From NCBI GenBank assembly GCA_965235115.1, contig OZ249443.1, positions 17,112,001-17,176,000 on the forward strand: 64,000 nt of DNA, given 5' to 3'. The notes beneath the pieces are model-generated. The model made no database searches. It was not told where the DNA came from and worked only from the letters and a program-made list of their open reading frames with translations. Both the position numbers and the translations under genes were made by a program. Positions 11,054 through 23,558 of this stretch are shown here, in pieces. The stretch comes from Laetmonice hystrix. Its lineage: Eukaryota. Numbering within the stretch: the first letter of the stretch is position 1; each line of letters opens with the position of its first letter.

Positions 11054-12717
11054 TAAGGTTTCCGTATACGTGTAGACCAGTAAACGCCTGGGTCAGGGTA
11101 AAGGTCTTGGCTATATTGGAATCTGACTGGTTTCGAAAGGATCCATTATAGCCCTGGTATGTATATAATGGCCTGCGTATATAGGCAGGTAAAGGTAGGA
11201 ATTCGCGACGGCTTACGCCTTTCTCCACTTAAACCGGTCAAACTCAATTATCACCGGAGTTATCAAATCACACAACCTCACCTTTCCGCACGGGCTTTCC
11301 ACAAAAATATCCCCGTATCTTTACATCTATATTCTGGTTATGAAATATTAAAATAAATAGAAAGATGAAAATTATCCCGCCTTCCGAATGACACTGAATC
11401 GCAAAAGCGGCTAGGCCTACCTTCAAGTACATCCTACAATACAGAGTCAGAAATTACGACTATTCCGTTCGAATATTCCCACCTAAAGACCTGCTGGATG
11501 AGTCGCACCACTGAGATATTATTCAGTTCTTCACCCCACTGCTCGGCTCGCACCAACAATCTGCCCGAGGAACTCTGAGCGAAACGCTACTCCATCAGGA
11601 TCATGCCTGATTAAAATCAATTATTCCTATACTACTACCATGTATATATCCTTACCCCAGGCGCCTACAATCATAAACTGTCTATCAATCCATAAATGTC
11701 CACCTTCCCAGGTGCGTGGTTGACAGACCCTCAGGGTGCACACATTTAATCTCTCTCATATCGTTTTATTTCTCCTTCATGTAATTTTCATAGTTTGAAA
11801 ATTATCGAGTTGCTGCTGATTTCTGAAACGGCATTGGAATTTTATCTTCCTATTGAGTTCACTTCTGATTACCGTCCCTTGATGCCACGCGGGGAGCACT
11901 CAAATCGCTAAATTAATTCTATGAAACTTTTAAATTTATTGCGGTGAGAGCCGATGTGTGGTCTTGGGACATCGTCAGTGAGTTATCCATCCCCTCCTAT
12001 TGTCCAATCTTCACCGAACGCCCAAAGGGAACGGTGGCATCGCATCTCACTGATTACAGTTAGTACCCGCGACTCCCGGTAAGGGCGCTGCTGTCATGTA
12101 ATAACTGTGGCCTCCGGTAGGGGAACACCTACTGGCACATTAAGTTGACGTACACCAACAGGTCATGCCCACGTGACATTCCGATGGGTGGCACTATCGT
12201 GAACCGCTGACTGCTAGTTCCCTTCCCTCTCGCAAGGTGACGCTCACATGACAACCAGGAAACGGTCAAATGGCACGAATGACGGTTACCTTTAAAACCG
12301 TTCAGGTGTGACCAACCGGTCACATTTCAAACCTGCTTTTACCTAGAATCTATCACTGGACCCGCTGGTACCTGGTCAACCTCGGCCCTAGGGTCTGGTC
12401 CAACCATACCGAAATCGACCGGCCGGCCGGGCCAGTGGACCACACTCAATCAAACTCTGCCAGCTCCGCTATTACACAACAAGAATAAAGCTGTTCTCCG
12501 CCATGCAGTAAAGCGTATACACAATGGAACAAGGTCAACGGATCATCACATGAAAAATTTGCCAGTGGATGAAATAGCGATTTAACGCCATACTTGGGTA
12601 CACCGTGTTACATAAACGCAGGGTATACCTAATGGAGTGGTAACACTGTGGTGTGTGCCCCCAGGCGGACGGTACGTGCACTGCACGGCCGATGGCGTTT
12701 TTATGGATATCTGGCAA

Positions 12718-12755
12718 TGGTCACGTGAGTGGTCACGTGAGTGGTCACGTGAGTC
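12718..12755. repeat. Short tandem repeat ggtcacgtgagt x3 (E-box containing)
   Basis: 12-bp unit read directly; each copy carries TCACGTGA. Confidence 0.85.
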
Positions 12756-13667
12756 GCCCAACCAACCTGTCAGTGTCAATTGTTCCTGGCTGATATATCC
12801 CGTAATGGCGACCGAAATGACCTGTTATAGCAATCAGAAAACTTTCCGCCCGACCAACCGGACACGCTACTCCCTGAATATTGCATGATATTATTGTCAG
12901 TCATTTTCTCAAGGAACCAAATGCACCATGAATGCGTCTACAAATAGGAGTGTTTTTTCATAGACATATTATGGTCTCGTTAAGACGGAATTCGATATTT
13001 TGATTCAGGATACAAATTCCTCGTACATTTCTTGTACTGGTCTCGACAGCCTCTCGCTGGCTTATGATAATATGGGTGATCATAGTAAGACGACGAAAGG
13101 GACTTCAAGACAAATCAAGCCGGACACAATAAAACCCTTCTTTCTAATCTCCTGAGACTGCAAAGAAGACGCGATCAGATACTGATATATCAAAGGATCA
13201 CCCGGATGTCCGCGGCCAGGGAGTTCTGATAGGGGGTAGGGGAAGCTGGGGCGGAGAGGGGGTGGGGTTGTACGGGCCCCCGTGATCGAACACTTGCCCC
13301 ATGAGTCGTGGCATGTCTATCAGGGTTGCTTGCCCTGCAATAACCCTGAGTCAAAGGTTGCCACCACGCTGCCATACCTGATCCTGACACAAACTGACCA
13401 GGCACGACAGGAAAACCGTAAAAACATCTTCAGTAATGGATAATGATCCCAGGGGCTGGGATAACTGTACACAGAGGTTAGTGTACACTGACAGCTCTGT
13501 ATAACTCAATCTAGTTTGTTATATTGCCAGAGCAGGACGCTGAACGTTCACTGTATATAGTGGTGTTCATCTCGCTGCCAGCCCCCTACCGAGAGTGTAC
13601 CACACTAGAGCTCTGAGATATTACCAATAATCACCATTTCACCATGTTGACAGTTCATTCCAGATTA

Positions 13668-14380
13668 TAACCATTTCACTGCCAGCTTAGCACAATACAC
13701 CCAAGGTAATTTCCCTGTCAGCTTGGCACACTGACAATACACCCGAGGTAATAACCATTTCACTGTCAGCTTGGCACACTGACAATACACCCGAGGTATA
13801 ATAACCATTTCACTGCCAGCTTAGCACAATACACCCTAGGTAATTTCCCTGTCAGTCTGGCACACTGACAATACACCCTAGGTAACCATTTCACTGTCAG
13901 TCTGGCACACTGACAATACACCCTAGGTAACCATTTCACTGTCAGCTTGGCACATTGACAATACACCCTAGGTAACCATTTCACTGTCAGTCTGGCACAC
14001 TGACAATACACCCTAGGTAACCATTTCCCTGTCAGCTTGGCACATTGACAATACACCCTAGATAACCATTTCACTGTCAGCTTGGCACACTGACAATACA
14101 CCCTAGGTAACCATTTCACTGTCAGCTTGGCACACTGACAATACACCCTAGGTAATAACCATTTCACTGTCAGCTTGGCACACTGACAATACACCCGAGG
14201 TAATAACCATTTCACTGTCCGCTTGGCACACTGACAATACACCCGAGGTAATAACCATTTCACTGTCAGCTTGGCACACTGACAATACACCCGAGGTAAT
14301 AACCATTTCACTGTCAGCTTGGCACACTGACAATACACCCGAGGTAATAACCATTTCACTGTCAGCTATAGCACATTGGC
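13668..14380. repeat. Minisatellite, 45/48 bp unit, ~15 copies
   Basis: ggta(ata)accatttcactgtcagcttggcacactgacaatacacccga/ta. Explains ORFs 13766..14359 and 14148..14354. Confidence 0.97.
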
Positions 14381-14941
14381 AGCTCAGGCCACAAGGTATA
14401 TACCTATAGTCACTTCGCTGTCTGCTCAGAACCAGGAATAGTCACTTCAATGACTCTACTGTAAAAACCTTTTCACTTCATTGTCAGCCAACCATAGACA
14501 TCTCCCTTCTATTCACCACTCATCCCACTTCGCTTGAAGAGGACAGGATGGACCAGTTCGGCATACAGAGAGCCATTCTTCCAGGCCACAGACTGTTGTT
14601 GGGTGTCCGTCCTCCATATTCATGTGAGCCAGCCAGCCCTGAAACCACTCAGCTGACATCACATTGACGATGTCCAGTCCATCGTAAAATTCACCGGTCA
14701 ACCGAAGCTAGAATGAACCAACTTCAATTTCATCGTTCAGCCGCCATGCTCTACCCGAGAGACCATAAACTGTACACCAAGCGGTCAGTTTGTGAAATGG
14801 ACGGCCAGATTCAATCAGAGTGGACAATGTCGATGGTCAGTGGGATGGCGTTTACAAACGGCCGGCCTTGTAAGTAAATGTAACGGAGGGTTGGTGTGCA
14901 CGGGTATCGAGCCCGCCGGACCGGTCAGCGCTCGGTGGCGG

Positions 14942-15072
14942 ACCTACCTTGGCAGCGCTCAGCGCTGGGCCTACCTTGGCAGCGCTCAGCGCTGGGCCTA
15001 CCTTGGCAGCGCTCAGCGCTGGGCCTACCTTGGCAGCGCTCAGCGCTGGGCCTACCTTGGCAGCGCTCAGCC
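14942..15072. repeat. Minisatellite, 27 bp unit, ~5 copies
   Basis: cctaccttggcagcgctcagcgctggg; period 27 (14943, 14970). Confidence 0.95.
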
Positions 15073-15905
15073 TGGCCCCTTTATTCCCCGATGGTAACAT
15101 CACGACCTGTTGTAGGATATGGTGTTGAGTTTTTAAGAGGTCTGTGGACAGGGGGTAGGGAATCTCCACTACTTCCGACCAATGTTCCTGGGTATTTTTT
15201 CCATGGGGACCACCGGCTGGACAGCTTCTTGGAATGTATGTGTGATGGGGGGAAGAGTTGAAAGAGATCACAGCACAGTGTGCCCGCCTTCCCGTCCACC
15301 TCATTTGTCGGCGCCCTCCCAGGCACGGCCGTAGTAAAACACCTGCCTGAAGGCTTTGGGATTTAGGCATCAGAGCCCCGGCACCAGGGTGCGGGTCAGT
15401 TGCCCCATCCATCCAGCCATGCCGGGGAATTCTTACACAGCGTTTCCCTTGTTACGAGCCGGGGCTATGGGCACTGATCAGGCCAGCGGCTTAACCACCT
15501 GTGGCACCTAGTGAAGCTTTTGTCTTGCAGCAGGTGCCCGAAATGACCACTGACTACCAATCAATGCTTACAGAATTGGTGTTGACACCAGCTTACCGTC
15601 TTGACAAGGGATTATTATCACTCAGCCGCCAGGATTGAGGTCAATCATGGTTTCGTGTTCCGATTCACACAGACTGGCTTTCCCGGGCACATTCATCATA
15701 AGTACCAGTTTTAGCAGTACTGGAATCAGCTCCTGATTGTTTTTAAGAATATATCTTTTAGATATTTGAAGCTACTGACACATCAACTAAACTGCAAACA
15801 AGGACACGCTATCAATCAATTTAACCTTCTTTCACAGAGTAATTACATTTAAGGAGGTAAAAGTACTATACTAGTCCCCCTGTTCACTGACCGACAGAAA
15901 TGGCC

Positions 15906-15977
15906 GTTTTCTGGGGCCTTCCCCAAAAACACGTTTTCTGGGGCCTTCCCCAAAAACACGTTTTCTGGGGCCTTCCA
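15906..15977. repeat. Tandem repeat, 27 bp unit, ~2.7 copies
   Basis: gttttctggggccttccccaaaaacac. Confidence 0.9.
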
Positions 15978-16489
15978 CATAGCGGTACCGGTACGTTGCC
16001 GGTCAGTGGTACCAACGAGTACAGTACGACACAGACCAACAGGCCGTGAGAGATGGTTGCCACAAGATTCTCAGAAATCGTACTATCCGATCCCCAGCCC
16101 ATCCTCCAATCTGACATCCAGGTCAATTATACGCCCCAGTGACAACGTCTGTTGACATCAGCACCCAGATATCGAAGCCTGAGCAACCTTATCGCTGCCA
16201 CTGCTGGGACAGTGTACCCTGAAACCTAACTCCCCCTTCCGTTCGGCCACCTACAAAACGGATGGTATTCAAAGCAAAGGTAACCTCACCAAAACCATGG
16301 CCATAGTACATAGTGCCAAAATTAAACAAAATCATCACTAATCATTCACTAGTTGTCTAAAATAAACATGTGACAAACACAATGGGCATTTCCTCTGCTT
16401 TAATATGTGTTTTCTCAGATAAAATTTGGTCAGCATGGTGTAAACAAGGATAAACACCTCTGGTGTCCTACCGGACATTTATAGACCCC

Positions 16490-16620
16490 GGCAACCGGTC
16501 GATCACGTGACTATAGAACCGAGAATTCTGGGTATTAGATGAGGCGGTCGTATTTCCGATACGCATGCGCATCAACTGCTGATTCCGCCGGCTGAGCGCA
16601 CATGACGAGTGCTGGTAGTT
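16490..16620. promoter_or_regulatory. CpG-rich promoter-like patch (E-box + NRF1-like motif)
   Basis: GATCACGTGAC at 16501..16511 and CGCATGCGCA at 16562..16571, in locally CpG-rich sequence. Confidence 0.35.
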
Positions 16621-17035
16621 GGTATATGAACGGCCAACTTGTCGAAACCACGCAAGACTTATCATCTGTCGATAGTCAAACTGTTGTCTGAGTGCAACAA
16701 CACCATAATAAAACTGGAATTGGAATTGGAATTGGTTGTAAGGAAGCTCCGTTTGATAGGATGTGTTTAATCTTTTCGCTCTGTCAGTACCAGTCATTGA
16801 AGCCATGTTAAACCTAGCATGGCAATAAGTCTTGCCTGCTAGGTAATTCTCCACCAGTGCGATCATTTCCATGTGTTTTTTTATAACGGGCTAATATTGA
16901 CAACAGATATTGATTCACACATACTGTGTTAGTAATAAAATATGATGGCGACCAGGATTTATGTGCAGGGATTCTCACTGATACCAATGCTGCGATCCTC
17001 CCTGTCAGTGTGAACCGACTTGTAACCATGATGTC

Positions 17036-17199
17036 CAGTGGCGTACCCAGAAACTGGACCCAGGGGGGTGCTGGAAATAACCAACGTCGTAGGCGCTGCA
17101 AATTGGCAACAAGCACACCGAAAAAACAAGCAAAAAAAAATTTGGCAAATTGAGGGGGGTGCTTGACCCCCCCCCCCCCCCCCCCCGGGTACGCTGCTG
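17036..17199. mobile_element. 164-bp MITE with imperfect TIRs and a 5-bp target-site duplication
   Basis: Left end cagtggcgtaccc, right end gggtacgctgctg (perfect complement would be gggtacgccactg). Flanked on both sides by atgtc (17031..17035, 17200..17204). Internal poly-C/poly-G tracts. Confidence 0.7.
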
Positions 17200-17240
17200 A
17201 TGTCTGTTAATTCGTCTTTATTTATTAACCCTTCTTGCAG

Positions 17241-17282
17241 ACATACTGCACCCTATACCGTTGCCTTACAACCCTTTATCAG
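17241..17282 (+). other. Candidate 42-nt exon on the + strand (antisense to EVI5)
   Basis: tctttatttattaacccttcttgcag|ACATACTGCACCCTATACCGTTGCCTTACAACCCTTTATCAG|gtaagc; strong acceptor and donor. Product unknown. Confidence 0.35.
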
Positions 17283-18199
17283 GTAAGCATACGTTACACG
17301 ACAGCTTCTTCCCTGAACTCGTGTCACAATAACGGTTCCTTACTCGTCAGTGTCCCATACTCATCCCATCCATCCACTAATATAAGATGCCCCTGCCCAT
17401 TGAACTCGAAACACGCACTGCAGTATTTAATCTTAAAGTTAGAGAGCTTGCAACATTAAAAATTACAAGCTTGACACAAATTTCAATGTTTTAAGAGCTC
17501 CCCGGTAGGGAAACAAGACTACTTCCTGGTTTTACATTTGTTAAAAAACCCATACATCTTTTATAGATAACAAACACAAAATGATGATTGATTGCGACAT
17601 TCTTATGAATTCATGAAACCTATTAATCAAATGATAGAAACCAAATCCATTCCAAGTCTTGTTCAGACTGAGATGCCGATTCGGTATCGAATTCGTTTCA
17701 AACATGACCTGGCGTTTCAATGTTGACTGATTGGTCCAATTTCACCCCAAGCACCACTGGGCCACTCGCATTGATAGATGACTGACTTTCAAGAGTTGAC
17801 ACAAGTGGCCCTGACACTGGAACAGCATCTGGTCGTCCCTACATTACCATGGAAACAGGACAGGTGGAAACAGATAATTCTATTTAAGGCGATTCCACAA
17901 ACGCCACCCAGTCCCCTGGCGGGACTGACGGGACTGGATACTAAACAGCAGACGACAAACCATCGTTCTGGCCAGACCTGGCGGGAAGGTTTCCACACGT
18001 CCAGGCCTGGTCGTTCACCTGCTCCTGACTAAAGAAGGGACTGATTTCTGTGGGTCTAACTGGTCCAGACACTTCACTTACAGATGTAAGTCTAGCCTCG
18101 GTTTTATGCATATTCCACTCGAGTGGGACCGTCGGGTATTGCCCTCCCCATCCAGCCACAGGGCAAACCGCCTCACTGGGACGGTTTCTCCTGTTTGCG

Positions 18200-19118
18200 A
18201 TGTCCCCCTAACTCCATACAGACACAGCAATACAGACACTTCACCGGTACAACCGTCTGACTCGACTATATACTACGATACAGACAGACATAGACAAGTG
18301 ATGTTCCCCCTAACCCCATACAGACACAGCAATACAGACACTTCACCGGTACAACCGTCTGACTCGACTATATACTACGATACAGACAGCCATAGACAAG
18401 TGATGTTCCCCCTAACCCCATACAGACACAGCAATACAGACACTTCACCGGTACAACCGTCTGACTCGACTATATACTACGATACAGACAGACATAGACA
18501 AGTGATGTTCCCCCTAACCCCATACAGACACAGCAATACAGACACTTCACCGGTACAACCGTCTGACTCGACTATATACTACGATACAGACAGACATAGA
18601 CAAGTGATGTTCCCCCTAACCCCATACAGACACAGCAATACAGACACTTCACCGGTACAACAGCCTGACTCGACTATATACTACGATATCGACAGACATA
18701 GACAAGTGATGTTCCCCCTAACCCCATACAGACACAGCAATACAGACACTACACCGGTACAACAGCCTGACTCGACTATATACTACGATATCGACAGCCA
18801 TAGACAAGTGATGTTCCCCCTAACTCCATACAGACACAGCAATACAGACACTTCACCGGTACAACCGTCTGACTCGACTATATACTACGATACAGACAGA
18901 CATAGACAAGTGATGTTCCCCCTAACTCCATACAGACACAGCAATACAGACACTACACCGGTACAACAGCCTGACTCGACTATATACTACGATACAGACA
19001 GACATAGACAAGTGATGTTCCCCCTAACTCCATACAGACACAGCAATACAGACACTTCACCGGTACAACCGTCTGACTCGACTATATACTACGATACAGA
19101 CAGACATAGACAAGTATT
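18200..19118. repeat. Minisatellite, 102 bp unit, ~9 copies
   Basis: atgttccccctaaccccatacagacacagcaatacagacacttcaccggtacaaccgtctgactcgactatatactacgatacagacagacatagacaagtg; period 102 (18301, 18403). Explains ORF 18106..19203. Confidence 0.97.
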
Positions 19119-20323
19119 GACGTTCACTAGGAGACCAAACACGAGCTGTCGCGCCGATTTGAGCAATATAACATCAATGTATCAGACCTCAGTGGTGAAA
19201 TAGTTATTACCTTTATTGTAACTACAGTCTTGACACCTTAAGAGATCGAGATATTCAGCAAAAGGAATAATTCTGGATGGCTAAATGATTACTTTAAACC
19301 AGTACACCTTGTAAGTTTATGAAATCAATATTGTGGAAGCGGTCTGACTAAATTTACCTCAATAATTCAGGTTTTACAAAATCAGTTTCTATATAAAATA
19401 TGAGTTCTTTCACATTACCACAAAACAAGACATACATCCGGTGAGACCTGGTGCGACTGCAGGTGTCAACAGGCCATTTTGCATCACGAACATTTCAAGG
19501 AGAAAGGCAGACAGTTCTGGCATGAAATATAATCTCGCAGACCACGCCAGTCTGTCTGACAGTACCTGTCGCGTTACCACATGTCGAGTTTCTACATGTA
19601 TATATGCAATCAATGTTACATTTGTTCGTTTGTATTCATAAAATATATCCGGAGCGACTTCCGCTTTTTCCACAGCAACTAAGAACCTATGCCCCCCCCC
19701 CCCCCTCCGTCAGTCTGTCTGACATTTAGATTTTTACAGATCGGTGGCACAATACTAATCCGCGCGAACCCATCCATTTCAACAGTTAAACATTTATACG
19801 AGACCAAAAAATGAAAAGTACTAAAAAAAATAGAGAAATGTAAAAATGTCACCGGTGGCCATGGAAAGTGGCTCACCTCCCACGGGACAGATGCGGCGTG
19901 GCGCAGTGACTCGCTTGCCTCCCGCCGACAGATGCCTCTATCAGAACCAAACAGTCTGACACGTCCTGATCAACCGATAGCTGCCTGTAGCCTAACCCCG
20001 GACCCACCGTCAACTCCACCATACCCAGCCTAAAGCTCTTCATTTGCCCAGGGTACCGAGTTCTGACGGAGGTGGCTTTCCTGGCCACGCTTCGTAAGTC
20101 GGAGACTGATGCCTCTAGTGTTGAGACGACCGTTGGTCCCCTGATAAGTGTGAAAGTCCAGCAGATGGGATAACACCCACAAAATAAATGTGATTGACGA
20201 GATTCGTTCATGATATAGATGCTGACACTTCAAACTATCAAGTGTGCTAACATGTATGACGAGAAAAGCCGTGACAAAACGGGTCGTTTCCATAATGGTA
20301 TTTCTATTCCGAGATAGAGCTCA

Positions 20324-20436
20324 TTCTCAACTTGAGTAAAGATTAAGTAAACTACCAGGCTTCTGATTGGCTGGTCTGCTTTGACCAGCCAATCAGAAGC
20401 CTGTTAGATTACTTAAGTCTTTACTCAAGCTAAGAA
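20324..20436. mobile_element. Palindromic MITE-like hairpin
   Basis: Perfect 21-bp stem caggcttctgattggctggtc / gaccagccaatcagaagcctg (20356..20403, 6-nt loop), extended by imperfect outer arms ttctcaacttgagtaaagattaagtaa / ttacttaagtctttactcaagctaagaa. Confidence 0.7.
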
Positions 20437-23400
20437 TCTTTGAAACACTGTGCCCTGTTGTCATAAACGTAACGTTGCGCTTCCAAACTGACGTTTATGA
20501 TAGTATTTCTCAATTTTTAAGACTTTCACAGACCCCCCACTGCAAGCCCTCCCTGCCTTCCCCCATATCAGGCCAAGGAACAGTAACCCTAGAATGGAGA
20601 AGTGTAGTTATATGCTTGCTAATATGGTTGTTTGGTTGGATCTGTTTTGTACTCTGTAATCCTCCAACTGAACAGGTCATCAATGCACCCAGTAAACTGG
20701 GACTGAGCCAGCTCCGATTTCTGCCACGTCAGCCTTGGTCTGGTTCTCCCTGTACTCAGTGAGCCTGAGGTTAGTGGGATCAAATATGTACCCAGTGACC
20801 CTGGACCTCACACACAGATCAACGAGGGACATAGACCGACTGATAATGTCCTATATAATCCGGCCTATATCTCACACTTGGAAAAACTGGTTCCCTGCTG
20901 CCACTGTGAAAACATCCTTGGTCAACTAGTCATCTGTAGTATTCTGTGAGCCAAGGGACGTAGTGAACCTTGTACATGTATGTGAATGATAAACGACAAC
21001 ATAATCTATGGAATCTTTGTCCCAGTGAAATCACTTCCGAAAAGTTACTGCTAGTTACAGTACTCGTCAAATTCCATCTGCAATGTTACTCCTTAAACTG
21101 GTCAACCTTGTACATGATCATTATTCCCATTATAATTTCACTACACGTCCAATTTGAACTTCATGTAATTTCGATATAAATGCTGATATTATTCATGGGG
21201 TTGTCATGCTATATCTAAGAACACGAGATTAAAGGTTCCAATTAACCCAATTGTCCCGGACGGTGGAAGGCTGGAGCTGAGACGTACATGACAATGCTGA
21301 GACTGATTAAGCAGATAGTAAGAATTTGCATACCCTCAAGAGTATCACAGCTCAACACAAGCACTGGTTGCTAATCACTTATTAATACATATATGCCTAA
21401 TTAATTAGTGCATGGAGAGTAATTAATGGTATATCGTCAAGAGTAACCGGCACGTGCGAACCTCCGGTAATTACTGAGAGACAATCAAGAGTAAATCAGT
21501 ACACGGACAGTAATTATTAGTGTACTGTCAGCAGTAAATCAGACTTGGGACATATTGGTTCCTGACTCAATGTATCGGACTGTCCCTGAGATGAAGAGTT
21601 GTGTATCAGATGTTATCATCGACCGATTAACGGTCGCCGGTGAGGGGGTATGGGGGGGGGGGGTATGCCCACCCGGGCGGCCAGATCTCGACGCCATCCA
21701 GACATACCATTCTTTGTTTTTTCTTCATCTCCTTTTCTCTTTTCTTTGACTGCGAACGTTTTCACATTGGCCACTGCAGTGTGGTTACGGAATCCTTCTG
21801 AAGGCGGTGGACTGACTGACAGACACCGACCGCTAGCAGTGGCTGGGTCTATACAGACAGCCGTACACTGTAACGGCGTCCTTGAAGAGCTTTGATGGTG
21901 TAAGTCAACCAGACCTGACCGAGCCCATTTACTTCACCATTACACCACTTTGAAGTCCTGTCATCAACTGCCTCGAGACAAAATGTGAAAAATCAATATA
22001 CAAGGCAGTAGAAATGACTGCTGACCCCTTGCGTGTCAGTCTGGGCTTTGTTGACGAAATAAGCCGTGGCGCTGCCGAGGCAGAGCTCCAGAACGCTGCT
22101 CTACCACTGAACAGAAAATCATAACAGTGGTGCACAAAAACTTCTCATATCAAAAAGATTCCAGACGGATGGAAATCAATAGAACCAGAACGAGAAGCCA
22201 ATGATATTGAATGGAATCCCATGGAAACAACATGGGGACGATTAGGAGTCCCCTCGTGGGAGCTGCCCTCTGGCTGGCTAGTCCCCCACCATACATAACT
22301 CGGAAATAATACATGAATATCTTTACATATGATATATGCACGATATCTGATATACCAACAGATATGATATTCCGTATGTGATGTTACCGTGGGAGGCAAG
22401 GCATGGGCGGTTTGGGCTCTAGTCTTCACTGACATGTACCGATGAGACATATCTGGCTACAACATTCCGCATTCTACTTCTAAAACTGAACCTTTAATTG
22501 CTGTTAGAATAACATAGGGTGGGAAAAAGTCGTGATCAGAGTTGACATTACTACTGCTAACACACAATTCAAACCAAGTCAGCATCGCTAACAGTTATAT
22601 TGTTATCTGGGCCTTCTTACCTCCAATCAATTCATGTTAATACAGTGTAAGTAAGAATAAAAATAGGTCGGAGAAAAGAAACTTCAGAATTTGGGTATTA
22701 GGATGGTTCTTCGAAAGTCTTTTCTTGGACAAAAGTTAATCCGGACACGAAGTCCTCGACATCTCCTCATTTTTAATCCTACTGGGAAGTCTGCCCAATT
22801 AAAGCGGGTGGGCTGACCATCGTTCCTAATTGGGAAGATTGGCTGGCTTGATTAATTATTGATGGAAACCCGATTTTCTAGACATAGGAATCATGTGGCC
22901 TGAATCAGCAGCCATCTCATCCTGGGGTGGACCTCAGCTTGGTGTCCATCTAAACCAAGCTTCTCCCCTCTCTACACGGGTTCATTAGTCATGTATTGTC
23001 CAACAAACCAGCTCAATTGGCATACATCAGTCTCGGTGGCGGTGCCATTAGAACGTGTAAATCGGGTAATAATCATTACCATGTCCCATATTACCGTTTT
23101 ATTAGATCGGGGCACTTGAAATATTCATACATGAATTCCCTGTGACAGTGAAGCCAGCTGGTGCTGTGACTTTGGGACCGGGAAATACGGTAGATTCTGC
23201 GACAGTGGCACCTCAATCATCATAATTACATCGGATGGAATCTAACTGCACAGCGCCACCTAGCCATTCTAACCAGAACTCCACCTGCCGAGGAATGTAC
23301 GAGACGTTCTAAATGTAGATGGTTTTTCCTAATTTTAGAAACGGTCAAAAATACAGTGCAGCATACTTAAAGCGTTGAATATAAATAACCGACTATTTGA

Positions 23401-23525
23401 ACCCTGCCTGTCTCGCTTGGTCTCTACCATTTCTTCTGTCATTCTCCTAAAGTAACCGACCGACATAAAACTATTTTTTAGTTTATGCTCATCTCACCAG
23501 TGCTTGGCTTGGATATTGGGTTACC

Positions 23526-23558
23526 ACTCACCTGAAACGACACAAAGGGAAAGACAGG
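23526..23558 (-). other. Putative recursive splice site (ratchet point), junction 23532/23531
   Basis: Minus strand cctgtctttccctttgtgtcgtttcag|gtgagt: strong pyrimidine tract + CAG directly abutting a consensus donor, on the EVI5 sense strand. Confidence 0.55.
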
